Position numbers and translations under genes: made by a program. DNA of 64,000 nt from Vicugna vicugna (Eukaryota). The DNA is taken from assembly GCA_013265495.1 (NCBI GenBank), contig MU061579.1:6300124-6364123 (forward strand), written 5' to 3'. The notes beneath the pieces were generated by a model that ran no database searches, was not told where the DNA came from, and was given only the letters and a program-made list of their open reading frames with translations. Within the stretch, counting starts at the first letter, position 1. Each line of letters starts with the position of its first letter. Positions 28,686-41,896 of the stretch are shown here, piece by piece.

Positions 28686-31600
28686 TAATGAAGTAAAGGG
28701 GAAAAAAAGAAGTTGCAAAGCACAAAGCACGCTTCAAGAAAGGACAATGAATAGATCTGTGTGGCTTGAGTGAAATATTTGGAAAAATCATACTGGAGAT
28801 ACGTTGGGGAAAAGTTATGGAGGATTCTGAATGCCTTGTTTAGGTCATCCAAATGTTTCTGTGAAATTGTTATGGGGGGTCCTTTTTGTCAAAATTTGTC
28901 AAAAGGATGTGACTCATTTCATAATATAGAGATCATGTGCAAAGCAGAGATTCACATCCGAGATTCTTAGGGTATGAGGAAACAACACAATCTCTCAGCT
29001 GCTGTGCTCTTGGAATGAGTCTAGCCATAACTGAGGATGGAGCAGCAGGTATCTAGCTAGTTTTCATCGAGCATCTTTTATCCTATAAGTAGTGGCAAGC
29101 CCTTGGAAAATTTTAACCAGGAGGGCAACATGATCAAATTTTGTTAGCATATCATTGTGATAGCCTATAAGGATAAATCAGAAAGAGGTGAGCTTAGCAA
29201 CAGTAAAATAAAGGGCTAATGAAGTTGTCCACAGAAGAGATGATGATGGCCTGATGTTCAGACCACGGCAGTAATGATAGAGAGAGCAGAAGTCGGAGAG
29301 GGATTTAGGATTTGAGATCAACTGGACTCGGTGAAAGAGTGAATACGAGTAGGGACCGGGAGACAGTGGAAGTTGTGGACTGGGCGCTTCCTAGGGTGGC
29401 TCCCAGGACACAGGTTTGAGCTATGGTCCTATGATACAACGGAGTGTTTCACTAACTAGTTTAGAAGTGTGTTCAGACTTGCATTTCATCTCTGTTCCCC
29501 CTAATATTGCCCTATCCAGTGGCTGATTATAAATTCTCTTTGAAGGCCTATCACCGACCCCATTTTCTATCTAGATCACACAACAGATGAGGTATTTTTT
29601 TTTTCAAAAACAGATAATGACTTTTCACTCTTCTCCTAAAACTTCTCAGTTGGCTCAGAATTTATGTCTATTGATCAAAGTCCAAGCCACTTACCCTGGC
29701 ATTTAAGGCCCTTCACAACCCCCTCTAACTCATTCCTACTGCATTTACCCAACTAATATCTTTTGCTGCAGTTCCACTTAAGATCTCATTTGTTTTACAC
29801 ATTATGGTCTTAATTTCCTCAGAGGCTCTTCCCAGAGCTGCCCTTGTGACAGCACTGACTTCTCTGTATGATCATCTCTTTAGAAGAAGACTAAATTTCC
29901 AAGGCAGAATTAGGTACTACAGAGGTATGTATTAACTAAAGCCCTGAATACATACTAACGTATGGTCTGTTATAATTTTAATTTGTGTAATAATAAAGGT
30001 AATGATAACTAATATTGTTATTTCTTGCTACTAACTTGATAAAGCACTTACACATATTGACTCATTTGCTGAACAGGTAGATGGTTGAATCAACTGAGGC
30101 ACAGAACGGTTTGCTCAAAAGGAAACAGCTGGAGAATGGCAGTGTTACTGTTTGAACCCAAGTTAGTCTGGTTCCATTGGTGGCACTCCCAATCTCTGTA
30201 CCAGTGTTTCCTTTTGTGACTGAGTTCATCAGGGCTGGGAGCACAGCTCATCCAATTTTGTAATCCCATCTCTAGGGCACATTCAATAGTATTTTGTTGA
30301 ACTATTAAAGAATAAATGAATGCATGCTGGGAAAATTGATAAAGCAATTAAAGGTGGAGACTTAATAGCTGACAAAAGCTTTACCTGTTTCCTTTCCTAG
30401 GTAATAGTTACATTTAGCAGAAGCCTTTCATGCCGACAAGCGAATGACTAATGTGGGGACTTCACACACTGGCCAGACATGGGAGGAAGATGTTTGTGGC
30501 TATCCAGGCCTTTCCCAGTACATTCATATCACTCTTTCTGTCAGAAAGGATATTCCTATCTATAAGCCAAAAAAAAAAAAAAAAAAGACAGGAAATTTTA
30601 AAAAGTCTGTTAGGATATTCTAGAAAGAACTTTGCTTAGAGTTGACTAGGAAGCTCGACAGGTCTTCATAACTGACAGAAACTTGTTAGGATTATAATTT
30701 TAGAATAGAACAGTAAAGGAATGAGGTGGAAGTTTATGCAAGTTCTAACAGTGTTGTATGTCTTTAATTTGTTGAGTTGCTTTTTAAAATCAATAAGGTC
30801 TCCCACATGGCTGCATTTACGGATCAAAGAATCTGCTTTTGCCAGAATTGCTTGGAATAGTGAGCAAAGTTTTAAGCATATTCACAATAGCTACCATTGA
30901 TGGAGAGCTTGGTTAAGTGTCAGACATGTTTGAAGCATTCCATATACATGATGTCATTTAATCCTTCCTGCAATCCCATGTGGTATGTATACTGCTTTGC
31001 CCTTTGTTAGATAAAACGTGAAACTGAGACATTAATTTGGAAATGAGGTTTATCTATTCCAGATTGCTTTTGACAACTTTTCTTGACTGACTCCACGTGT
31101 ATTCCATATATATTTCCTGACTTATCCAGAACTTTCCTCACTTTATCCCTGCAGCCGTGCCCAAAAGCCCCTTCCTGTTGTCTGTTCCAGCTGCTTGGAT
31201 CAATTGGGGTTTCTTGAATTGGTCTATCTGGTTTCCAGGGTCCTAAGCTGTCTTCTTTTGTGACTGACTCCTTCAAAGGCTGAAAGATATTTTAATTCCT
31301 TCCTCTTGACAAAGCCATAATCAAACTGAAGCTTTAAAAAAAAGTCATTTTCTAAGAAGCAACTGAAAAAACAATGAATAAACAAAATGTAAGTTTGGCT
31401 GTAGTAAAAGGTGCAGGGTTTAAAACTGAGAAAGACCTGAGCTAAACAATGATATGAATGGGCGTGTCTTCTGGGATTGATAACAGCCTGACTTCTTTTC
31501 CAAAAATCTTAATTCCTAAATATATTGCACATGAGACTCCTCTGGGTCAGCTCTACTTGCTCTAAACTCAGTTCTTTTTTCCACACTAAACTTACTTCTC

Positions 31601-32734
31601 TGTGGGTTTATGCTGGTCTTCAGATCTTTCTATGTAAAAGCCTTTCCTTTTATTGTGAGGACCAAGCCTTCAGGAAGTTTAACACTGAATGTGCAGTTAT
31701 AATAATATCCGTGATTAATACAGCCACAGGATGTTTACTGACTGATGCTGGTGTCTTTTAATCTATATATATTTATTTTAAAAGCTGTGTGTGTGTGTGG
31801 CTAATTGCAAAGGCACACAGAAATAGAGAAACCATACAATGAATCTATATGGATCCACCACCCATCATTTCTGCCATTCCTCTTCCGTCTAACAGGTTTT
31901 GTTTGTTTGAGTATTTTAAAGCAAATCATAGCTATTCTATCATTTTACTTGTAAATAATCCTATATGTTTCTCTGAGAGGCAAAGACTTTTAAAACAAAC
32001 AAACAAACAAACAACCACAAACCACTGCAAAACCTAATAAAATTAGCATCTATCACTTAACAGCATCTTCTATCCCATCCATGTTCTATATTCATCTACT
32101 GACTCACTTTTCTCTTTTTACAGTTAATTTTCAAAAACAAGGTTTAAAAAGTATTCACACATTTCATTTGGTTTGTGGGCCTCCTCCATCATTTGCTGAA
32201 TTCTCAGTGTAGGTAACGTCCTTTACAGACATTTCACTCTGGCCTTGTAGCATACGTCAGAGGTAGGAACCATCATCTCTGTTTCACCAGTTTGAGGATT
32301 TAGCCAGAGCGTTTAGCTGGCTTGCCTAGGCTTACATGACTTCTCAGGGGCAGAGGCTGTGAGAGGATCTGGAATTTAAAGGCATTTCTCTTTATGCTCT
32401 TTCACTTCCCCCATTCCTTGCACAGGTCAGAGCTTTTGTTTCCTTGTATTTTCCACTTTTATCACTACGTTATATTGCCTCTCGTATTTTTTGCCCCCTT
32501 CAAAATGTTTAGTGCAAATCTAGATCTCCCAGAAAGCCAGAGTGGTTGTACCTTTTGTTGAAGCTAAGCTTTGGAATAGAGCAACTGTAGCTTTGGATGG
32601 CGGTTTCCTTTTTTATTTGGAATTTTTCAGCTCCTGAGGCAGAAGCAGACTTTCTGCATCATCTTGGTTATAAGTGCAGAGTTACTTCTTCTTTTTTTTT
32701 TTTACATGTACACATACCTACCAATTCACAAAGA

Positions 32735-32920
32735 TTTTTTTATTGAAGTATTGTTGATTTACAATGTTGCATTAGTTTCTGGTATAAAGCATAGTGATTC
32801 AATTATATATATGTACATATATTCTTTTTCATTATAGGTTATTACAAGCTATTCAATGTAGTTCCCTGGGCTATGCAGTAGGATCTTGTTGTTTATATAT
32901 TTTGTATATAGTAGTTTGTA
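32735..32920 (-). mobile_element. Older L1 3' UTR terminal fragment
   Basis: tttattgaagta...gatttacaatgttg...gttccctgggctatgcagtagg...ttgttgtttat is reverse-complement-similar to 28330-28525. Confidence 0.8.
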
Positions 32921-32949
32921 TTTTTTTTTTACATTTACTGAATTGTAAG

Positions 32950-33766
32950 TTTTTTTTAACATTTTTATTGATTCATAATCATTTTACAGTGTTGTGTCAA
33001 ATTCCAGTGTTCAGCACAATTTTTCAGTCATTCATGGACATATACACACTCATTGTCACATTTTTTTCTCTGTGTTTTATCATAACATTTTGTGTATATT
33101 TCCCTGTGCTATACAGTGTAATCTTGTTTATCTATTCTACAGTTTTGAAACCCCAGTCTATCCCTTCCCACCCTCTACCCCGCCCCCCACCTCGGTAACC
33201 ACAAGTCTGTATTCTCTGTCCATGAGTCTATTTCTGTCCTGTATTTATGCTTTGTTTTTGTTTGTTTGTTTTTTTTAGATTCCACATATGAGCGATCTCA
33301 TATGGTATTTTTCTTTCTCTTTCTGGCTTACTTCACTTAGAATGACATTCTCTAGGAGCATCCTTGTTGCTGCAAATGGCGTTATGTTGTCGGTTTTTAT
33401 GGCTGAGTAGTATTCCATTGTATAAATATACCACATCTTCTTTATCCAGTCACCTGTTGATGGACATTTAGGCTGTTTCCATGTTTTGGCTATTGTAAAT
33501 AGTGCTGCTATGAACATTGGGGTGCAGGTGTAGTCCTGAAGTAGATTTCCTTCTGGGTACAAGCCCAGGAGTGGGATTCCTGGGTCATATGGTAAGTCTA
33601 TTCCTAGTCTTTTGAGGAATCTCCACACTGTTTTCCATAGTGGCTGCACCAAACTGCATTCCCACCAGCAGTGTAGGAGGGTTCCCCTTTCTCCACAGCC
33701 TCTCCAGCATTTGTCATTTTTGGATTTTTGAATGACGGCCATTCTGACTGGTGTGAGGTGATACTT
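32950..33766 (-). mobile_element. Young 5'-truncated L1 (intact ORF2 C-terminus plus 3' UTR)
   Basis: Uninterrupted ~160 codons from [10 protein letters not shown] through [19 protein letters not shown] to [10 protein letters not shown]. CpGs retained; polyA signal at 32964-32969. Confidence 0.95.
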
Positions 33767-35204
33767 CTGAACAGTCCAATACGTTCGTCTGTTGTATCCA
33801 TGTAAGGGACATCTCATAGCTCCTCATTTCAGAGCAGAGATAATGGCCATCCCTTAAAGATGATAAAGGTTTCTCTTTCCTAGGTTATGAGTTCACGTTC
33901 CTTGCTTTTTGTTGATGACTTATCACTCGGATGCCCTCAAAATGTTCTCTACAATTTTAAAAGAACAAAAATACTTTGCATGCATGTTTACAGTAAAAGA
34001 TGGTAAAAGATAAAATTCTCAGCAAATAAAAGGTGATACTTACTTATATTTTTCAAAATTTTTGGAATTATAAGTGCTTTTTATTTTAAGGACGATAACA
34101 TGCCAGCTTTGAATAAAATGGATTCAAAATGGATTCGTATAGTGAGGCTGTTATTCTCTTTTTAATTCCTTCCTTGATCCACTGAGTAGATCTCAGGTTG
34201 GTGCCTGCACGTTTTTCTCTCTCTCTAACACTTTCAAGGTTTCCCTGTTAATAAGAAGAGAACAACCCTCAGGCTCAGAGATCTTGGCTGGCAACAGAAT
34301 TTAATGATATTGTTTTGTTCTAATTGTATTGGTTGTTAAGGTTTCCATGTGTTTATACAAGTTAAATGGCATTACCACTTAGGACTGAAATAAGAGTTTC
34401 TTTGAAAAATGAATTTGTGTAGGTAAAAAAAGTAACTTTAAAGAAAAACATTAAGAAATAACAGCTATGGTTTCAATCACTTTTTATATATGATGCCCTG
34501 CTCTGGGTTACATGATGTGACTGGATGTTCCCTTTAAGGGCAGTGTGAAGAGGACACTATTATCATGCCCACTTCATAAGTGAGACAAGCAAGGCGCAAA
34601 CCTGCAAGATCACAATGTAAATAAGTAGTGTGATTAGGAGTTGAGCTCTTTCCCTCCATCTAATACTGCTTCCAAGTCCAGAGCAGTGATGTTGACATAT
34701 GTGAATGGTGAGCAGAATGCAGGAGGTCCTGGAATGACTGAGGGAAAGTCCTCCTTACAACCCTCACTTTACATACAAGTTTTAACTTACAGACTATGAA
34801 TAAAGGGTCTGCAGACTTACAGACGGTAGTTTACACATTACATCTGCCACTTAGTGTATACGTTTTTGGTCAGATTATTTTACCTCAGTTTTCTCATTTG
34901 TAAAGTAAGCATAACGACTAGCTCACAAGGTTCTAGATATACTAGACTCTGCCAAGGTTATAGAATATATTTTCAATTGTTAGAGTAATCACTGGTGCAT
35001 GGTAAGTAATTAAAAATAGTAGGTGATACCATTCTCTGGAGGCAGTGTTATTTATTGTTTAAGTGAGGGCTTTAGACAGACCTAGATTTCAAGATTAGGT
35101 CCATATTACCTTGGAGAAACTACATGTGTCAAACTGGGATGACAGTTCTTCAAACTACTGTTAAGAGTTTGGAATGAAATAATACACTTACGCATTCAGC
35201 CCAG

Positions 35205-36535
35205 TTGTTGGCATCTATCCTGCCTGGTATTCTCCGAGCTTCTTGGATCTTTGGTTTGGTGCCTGATGTTAATTTGTGGAAACTTTCACTCACTATTGTT
35301 TCATATACTTCTCTTTCTTTCTCTTTTCTTATTCTGGAATTCCCATTACACGTATGTTTTTATAGTTGTTCCATGGTTCTTGGATGTTCTGCTTTTCTCT
35401 TTTTCCTTTTTTCTTTTCAATTTTGGGGTTTCTATTGAGATATCCTCAAGCTCAAATTCTTCCCTCAGTCATCTCCATCTACTAATAAGCTTATTAAAAA
35501 TATTCTTCATTTCTGTTACAGTGTTTTTGATCTGTAATATTTCCTTTGGATTCCTTCTTAGGATTTCCATCCCTCCACTCACATTGCCCATCTGTTCTTG
35601 TGTGCTGTCTACTTTTTCACTAGAGCCCTTAGTATGTTAATCATAGTTCTAAAAAATTCCTGGTCTGACAATTCTAACATCCCTGCCATATCTGAGTCTG
35701 GTTCTGATGCTTGCTCTGTCTCTTGAAATTGTGTTTTGCCATTTAGTATGTCTTGTAATCGTTTTTCTTGAGAGCTAAACGTGATGTACTGGGTAAAAGG
35801 AACCACTGTAAACCGACCTTTAGTGCCAGGGCGGTAAGTGTGGAGGAGGGGAAGTGTCTGTAGGCCTGTGACCAGGTCTCGGTCTTCAGTGAGCCTGTGC
35901 CTCTCGACTGTGAACTTCACGTGTGATTTTCTGCCTTCTCCCCACCCCCACACTTGGTGGGACAGGACGGTTAGAGGGGCCTGAAGCTGGGTATTTCCCT
36001 TCCCCAAGGTCAGTCAGGCTCTGAAAAACCCCTGCAGACTAGGCTTTGGTGAACCGGCCTTATTAAGAACAGTGTGCTCTGGTACATTTCAAAAGGTTCT
36101 TTCCCCTCTCCCTGCAGGAAACACAATGGGATTTTTCTCAGGTCTTCACTCTGAGAACCTAGTCGAGCTCCTGGAGGTAAAATTCACAAAAGTGTGGAAA
36201 CTGCTCCCATGACTGGGTCTCCCTGGAGTTTTTAACTCTTGGGCTTGTCCGCACTGAGCCTCTAGCAATTTGTCAATTACAGCTGAGCTTCCTTACCCTG
36301 GCTGGCACTGGTCCCTGTGGTGGTTTGTGCTTGTGGGTTTCTGCGCTGGTAAGTTGTGCTTCTCTGTATTTGCCTGTCAGTTTCTTCCAATTTGGCAAGG
36401 GGTTTGCCCTGTGACCTTACTTCTTTGGCAGATCTAAAGAGAGCTGTTGATTTTTCAGTTTGTTCAGCTTTTTACTTGTTGTGACAGAATGGAAACTTCT
36501 AGCCTCTCACATGCCTGCCTGGAAACTGAAAGTTC
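35205..36535 (-). mobile_element. Old L1 (L1MC/MD-like) 5' UTR/ORF1 remnant
   Basis: Minus-strand peptide TQFQETEQASEPDSDMAGMLELSDQEFFRTMINILRAL, an ORF1 N-terminus of L1M4/MC/MD type. Confidence 0.8.
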
Positions 36536-37539
36536 AGCTCAGTTCGTCATGCCAGCATGTCCTCACGCAACACTGATACAAGCTTTTATTTGATTTGTAT
36601 TATGTTGGACCCATAACTGAAGCACAAAGTTTTTATGCTAACATTAATCTTTTGTATCAAATTACATCTTTAATCAATATTCAGTCTAACTAATCTAACT
36701 TATTTACAATGTAAAATTACTAAGAATTTTATAGGAGTTGTACATCATAAAATCTGAGATGCTACAGTTGACCAATATGATGCAATCAGTGAGCTCAAAT
36801 GGCAACTCTTACTTAGTTAAGAGGCCTCTATATGCAATAAATACAGCATAGAGTAAGCAGTGAAAACCACTACTTGGCTATGGTATCTTAAAGGCTTCTG
36901 GTAAAATCTGTCCTAAAGATACACAGAAATACCCTAATTATATACACTTCTTTGAGTTATTATTCATACCACTTTCACTTTTATATCTTCTGACTACAAA
37001 TAAATGGCCAATTTATCAGAAAAATCTCTACAATAAGTGTTTGGAGGTGGGCGGAGTGTGGGGGTTAAGGCTGGATGGAGGATTTGTTGCCACAAGATAT
37101 TACAATAATTACCTGTGAAACTCTCTTCGTGCCTAAGTGCCTTAGGGTAAATGATACAAATGATAATGCCAGCATGGCACTTTTGTTGTTGTTAAATGTG
37201 TGACACTGTCGTTTGCTGGAATGCTACGTGGCATTTGTGTTAGATGGTGCTTCAAGTGTCAGAAAGTACTTACCATGTTACTTTACACAAAAACTGGTTC
37301 TTGAGGAGAGACTCCAAGCAAGAACCAGCAGACAGGTAGAAATTAAAGAAGAGAACTCTACCACTTATTATTTCCTTATCCGCCAAATAGCAATAGTATT
37401 ATTGCAGGTGCCCTTGAAATTAGTGACTGCCCAGTTCCAAAGCAGCATCTGCCAGTGCCAATATTAGCAAAGTGGCCTGAGATCATGACAATGACTCCCA
37501 TCACTGACTCAGTTCCTGGGGAATATCCCACCTGGTTGC

Positions 37540-38062
37540 AGCCTCTCTGGAAAATGCTTGAAGATTAGTAAGTGGGTTCCCTTTTCCTATGGTCCATGTG
37601 CTTTTTAATCTGGTGTTTTTGCTCTGGTTTTTGAGTTGAGTGAGTCTTTGTGCAAGCCCTTTAGGAGCAGGCTTGCTCCTTGCAGCTCTATTATTTTCCT
37701 GGATGTATACACTCTGTTGGTTTTCAAATTCAGGTATTTTGACGGGCTTGTCTCTTCTATTCAGGATCTAGGGTTTGGGTGCCTGGTGTGGAGGTGTTCC
37801 ATTCCCTCACTTCTCAGGGAAAAAAATCTGTACTTTGTCATCCCTCCTAATTATCACTGTGGCTGGGTTTTGGATTTTTCCTTGGTGAGACTTTATCTCT
37901 GTCTCTCCTCCCTGTCTCCATGCTGTTCCTTTTACCCTTTGTTGTGGAGGCTTTGTTCATCCAGTTTTAGGTCCTTTTCTGAGGGAATTTCATATATGGC
38001 TGTAGATTTGTTGTGACCATAGGAGGAAGTGAGTTCAGGATCTTTCCATGCCGCCACCTTGC
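37540..38062 (-). mobile_element. Old L1 5' UTR fragment
   Basis: Minus strand starts CAAGGTGGCGGCATGGAAAGATCCTGAACTCACTTCCTCC, a decayed L1 5' terminus. Confidence 0.7.
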
Positions 38063-38242
38063 TCATATGCCTTAATGGAAGTTTTATATACATGTTTATG
38101 TAATGTCTATGACTTGAATACCTATAGAATATTACAGTCAGATTTAATAAACCCGTATCAAGTGCTTTTTATGAACCAGTGTGCTGTGCATTCATTAACA
38201 TAGAGCACTTACATCATTCATGTACCATTGCTATGAGTAGGC

Positions 38243-38835
38243 TTTTTAAAAGAAATTGTTTTATTTTGAAATAATTATAGGTTCACAGGAAGTTGCTAAA
38301 TATAGTACAGACAGGTGCTATATATTCTTCCCCCAGCTTTCCTCAGTGATTACATCTTACATAACTGCAGCGAAATATCGAAAGCAGGAAGTGGATATTG
38401 TGTATTTATAGTACTTTACCATTTTATCCCACATGTAACCACTGCATTCAAGATACACAAGTGTTCTGGCACCACAAACACCTCCCTTGTGCTACCTTTT
38501 TATGGTCTTTCACCACCATCCTAACCCCTAGAAATCACTAATCTGTTTTATATCTTTATAATTCTGTAATTTCAACAGTGTGATATAAGTGGAATCATGG
38601 AATATGTGACCTTGTGAGACTGTAATTTTTCACTCAGCACAATGCCCTGAGGTCCATGCAAGTCGTTGCATATATCAATGATTTATCCATTTTATTACTG
38701 AGTAACATCCCATCCTGTGGATTTACCATAGTTTTTTTTAGCCATTCACCTATTGCAGAAAATTTTAGTTGTTTCCAGTTTTTGGCTCTTACAAATAAAG
38801 CTGCTGTGAACATTTATGTACAGGGTTTTGTGATG
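38243..38835 (-). mobile_element. Old L1 3' UTR (L1MC/ME-like)
   Basis: ttattttgaaataattataggttcacaggaagttgc...tttccagtttttggct...aataaagctgctgtgaacatt. Confidence 0.8.
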
Positions 38836-39134
38836 GGTGTGTGCATTTTAATAAATCACTTTTCAGAGCTGAGACTGAGGGGATAAGTAAATTCTGCAGA
38901 GTACTTAACAGGTTTCCAAATCCAGATGTTTTTACTTTACCTCCTGTGCTATTTTCAGGCTCCTGTATTAAGTGAGAACAAACTGCTCTGCAGACAGCAT
39001 AGAAAAGTTATGATTATATATTTGATTTCTTCTTGACAAAATTTTGGTTTCAGAATAATATCTGCTTAAAGACTTCATGGTTTTTAGCATCACTTCTGCA
39101 TATTGACAAGTTTATTACAAAAACTAATGTTTGA

Positions 39135-39205
39135 TGACTGGAACATTGTGCTGTGCATCAGAAATTGACACATTGTAACTGACAGTACTTCAATTAAAAA
39201 AAAAA
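39135..39205 (+). mobile_element. Ultra-short L1 3' end with 13-bp TSD
   Basis: Same terminus as the L1 ending at 22180, followed by an A tail. Flanked by AACTAATGTTTGA (39122-39134) and AACTAATATTTGA (39207-39219). Confidence 0.85.
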
Positions 39206-39637
39206 CAACTAATATTTGAGTACCCATTAGGTACCAGGCCTGGTGCTAAGTGTTGAGGCAAGGTGCCTGGCTAACGAGGGTTTTTATACAATACTATGTT
39301 TGTAACACAGAGGTAGCTTGCTCTATGTTAGCTAGGATTAACAACTCTAAGTTTTAGTTTAGAAAATGTTTATTTAGAGTTAATATGACTGCTATAATAA
39401 TATTTAAATGTGTATTCTTACATTTAAATTTTCTGAAAGATGTGGGTCAGTATATGTTGCCTTATCTCAGAAAACCAATTGCTGAGCATGAATGCACAAA
39501 TACACAATCTAATTTTGTAATGCATGCAATTCAGGACTTTTTTCAAGTAGAGGTGAGGTTCAGATGGATTTTTATGTGTGGCTTGTTCACAAATTAATGG
39601 TTTCTTCTGCTTATTCTGTGCCCCTTTCTCCCCAAAG

Positions 39638-39695
39638 CATGAAAAATTAATCAACCGTCCACAGAGTACCAAAAGAATTTCTACAGACCCTCTAG
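39638..39695 (+). CDS. DTHD1: DTHD1 penultimate coding exon (58 nt, phase 0 to 1)
   Basis: Polypyrimidine tract, AAG acceptor ending 39637, donor GTAAGG at 39696. Reads HEKLINRPQSTKRISTDPL. Its phases bridge the flanking exons exactly. Confidence 0.9.
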
Positions 39696-41264
39696 GTAAG
39701 GAATATTTTCTGTGTCCTCATTACAGTGATGCTCTTTTCCCCTTATATTTTATATTTTATGTGAATCTTTTAATAAACAAGAATGTAGAACTTAGCAATT
39801 AAATAATCCTTCACCAAATAATCATTTATTATCAGCCTAAGAAGTGAGTTTTCCTTCGGAAGTCATGCACATATAAACAAGAAAAACATTCTTGAATGTA
39901 GATGTAATTAAAATTTTGCTAAGATCTACAAGAAATATGAACTTTACTAAGTAGTATTTAACTAAGACAACTAGTAATTGCCTAGTTTGGTAAATAGACA
40001 ACTACAGTTTGTTCTGAAATGTTGACTCTTAGTTACAGATCTTAAACTAGATTTTAAATAGAGTTATATTGGTACGAAACCACAAAGCAAACATGTAATA
40101 TTTGATTGTGGTTATATATAATCTAACTATATAACAATAATGCATATTTTAGGGTAGAATTTGACACTTTTAGTCTAGTTTAACCTTTGAAACAATTCAT
40201 TTTGTGATATTAATAGTTACTACTGCAATAATTTATTGATCTTCAAAAGACATCAGTGAGTGCATTTGGACTGCTGTGTCAGTCTCACCACTGATGGTGT
40301 AACATTCCATTCAAGGGTTATCTTTATGGACTTGTACAGAAAGTGCACAAGCTTTACTGAATTAAATTAGAAGTGAGTAGGATGGGAATAAACCTTAGCA
40401 TCAGACACTGTCTCAGAGGCAATAAAATTATTTTCAAAGAGAGAACAGGTGACAGAGGAAACGAAACAAAAAACACTAAAGCCAAAACCCCCAAAACTCC
40501 AAAACCAAGAGAAGAAAACCCCGTTAAAACAACTACAGCAGTAGGTGAAAGTCCAGTGAGTTTGATAATGTTGTCGACTCCCGAAGAACTTGACGTTCAA
40601 ATAAAAGTGCTCCAACCACCGGAGAGGACAAAGGTATAATGATCTCTCCTAAGTGTACCAGGACGTGCTAAGTTGTTTCTCAGTGTGATCCTGCACAATA
40701 ATACCACCTGAGCTGTTGTAGGATGATGGTAGATGGTCAGTTAGAGCAGGACAGAACTATGAATAGTTTCGAACGCCAAGTTCAGAGGTTTAGACAATGA
40801 AGGTGCCTACAAGAGATTTATTAACAAAGAAGGAATAAAATCAGATTGGACTTCGAAAACTTCTATTAGTTGTGTGGAAGACTAAAGTCAGCCAAAACTG
40901 AGAGCAGGGATATGACTCAGAACCCTGGTTCTTGCAGTCCTCCAGGAAAAAGAGGCAGGACATGGTTAAGATTGAGTCAGTAAGGCTGGAAAGTGGGGAA
41001 GTATCTGAGATATGTTTAGTGTTAGGACCAATAAAACTTGAGAACAGGCGATACAAAATGGGCTTTTGAGAAATTGGAATAGTATTACAGGTGTTAGTGT
41101 ACTCAGCTGAGTGGTCACATTCACTAAGAAAATGATTAGAGTGAAGGAGCAGGTGGAGAGAGGGAAACATCACAGTTGACTCTGATTTCAGAAATATGGA
41201 ATTTGAATTGGCTGTGGTATAAAATGGTAACAATAATTAGGAGATGAATATTGCAAATGCTGTG

Positions 41265-41896
41265 CAGTTGTACCTTGGAGACATTGCAAGTTCAGTTCCA
41301 AATCACTGCAATAAAGCGAACATCATGATAATGTGAGTCGCATGAATTGTGGGGTTTCCCAGCGCATATAAAAGTCATGTTTACACTAGATTGTAGTCTA
41401 TTAACTGTGCAATAACATTATGTCTAAAAAAGTGTATCTACCTTAATTTAGAAATACTTCATTGCTAAAAAGTGTTAATCATCACCTGAACCTTCAGGGA
41501 TTCATAGTCTTTTTGCAATAGCAACATCAATGTTCACTGATTGCTGATCACCATAACAAAGAAAATAATAAAAAAAGTTTGAAATATTTTAAGAATTACT
41601 AAAATGTGACACAGAGACAAAAAGTGAGCAAACGCTGTTGAAAAAATGGCGCCTGTACATTTGCTTGACACAAGGTTGCCACAGGTTTTTAATTTGTCTA
41701 TTTCTTGGAGGAGGGTAATTAGGTTTGTTTATTTCTTTTTTTAATGGAGGTACTAGGGATTGAACCCAGGACCTAGTGCATGCTAAGCACGCACTTAACC
41801 ACTGAGCTATACCCTCCCCCAAATATTCAATTTGTGAAAAAACACAATAGCTGTGAAGTGCAATAAAGCAAAACTCAAGAAAACAAGTTCTGCCTA
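41265..41896 (-). mobile_element. Internally deleted Tigger1 DNA transposon
   Basis: Both Tigger1 ends present: ...ttcagttccaaatcactgcaataaagcgaa and ...gaagtgcaataaagc...tgcctata. No transposase ORF. Confidence 0.85.
41690..41819 (-). mobile_element. tRNA-Ala(AGC)-derived SINE (camelid Vic-1-like)
   Basis: Minus strand GGGGAGGGTATAGCTCAGTGGTTAAGTGCGTGCTTAGCATGCACTAGGTCCTGGGTTCAATCCCTAGTACCTCCA (41819 to 41745) with A and B boxes, then an A-rich tail with AAACCTAATTACC. Confidence 0.85.

Noticed and set aside
33275..33817. 180-aa minus-strand ORF as a gene
   Set aside because: L1 ORF2 C-terminus fused by chance to about 17 codons of flank; no promoter or RT domain.
40373..40639. 88-aa Lys/Thr/Pro-rich ORF as an extra DTHD1 exon
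   Set aside because: No convincing acceptor, no recognisable homology, and the flanking exons already join in frame.
41745..41819. Apparent tRNA-Ala(AGC) gene
   Set aside because: Has the GGGGAGGG 5' variant, mismatched stems and a SINE-type A-rich tail, and sits inside a Tigger1. It is a SINE.
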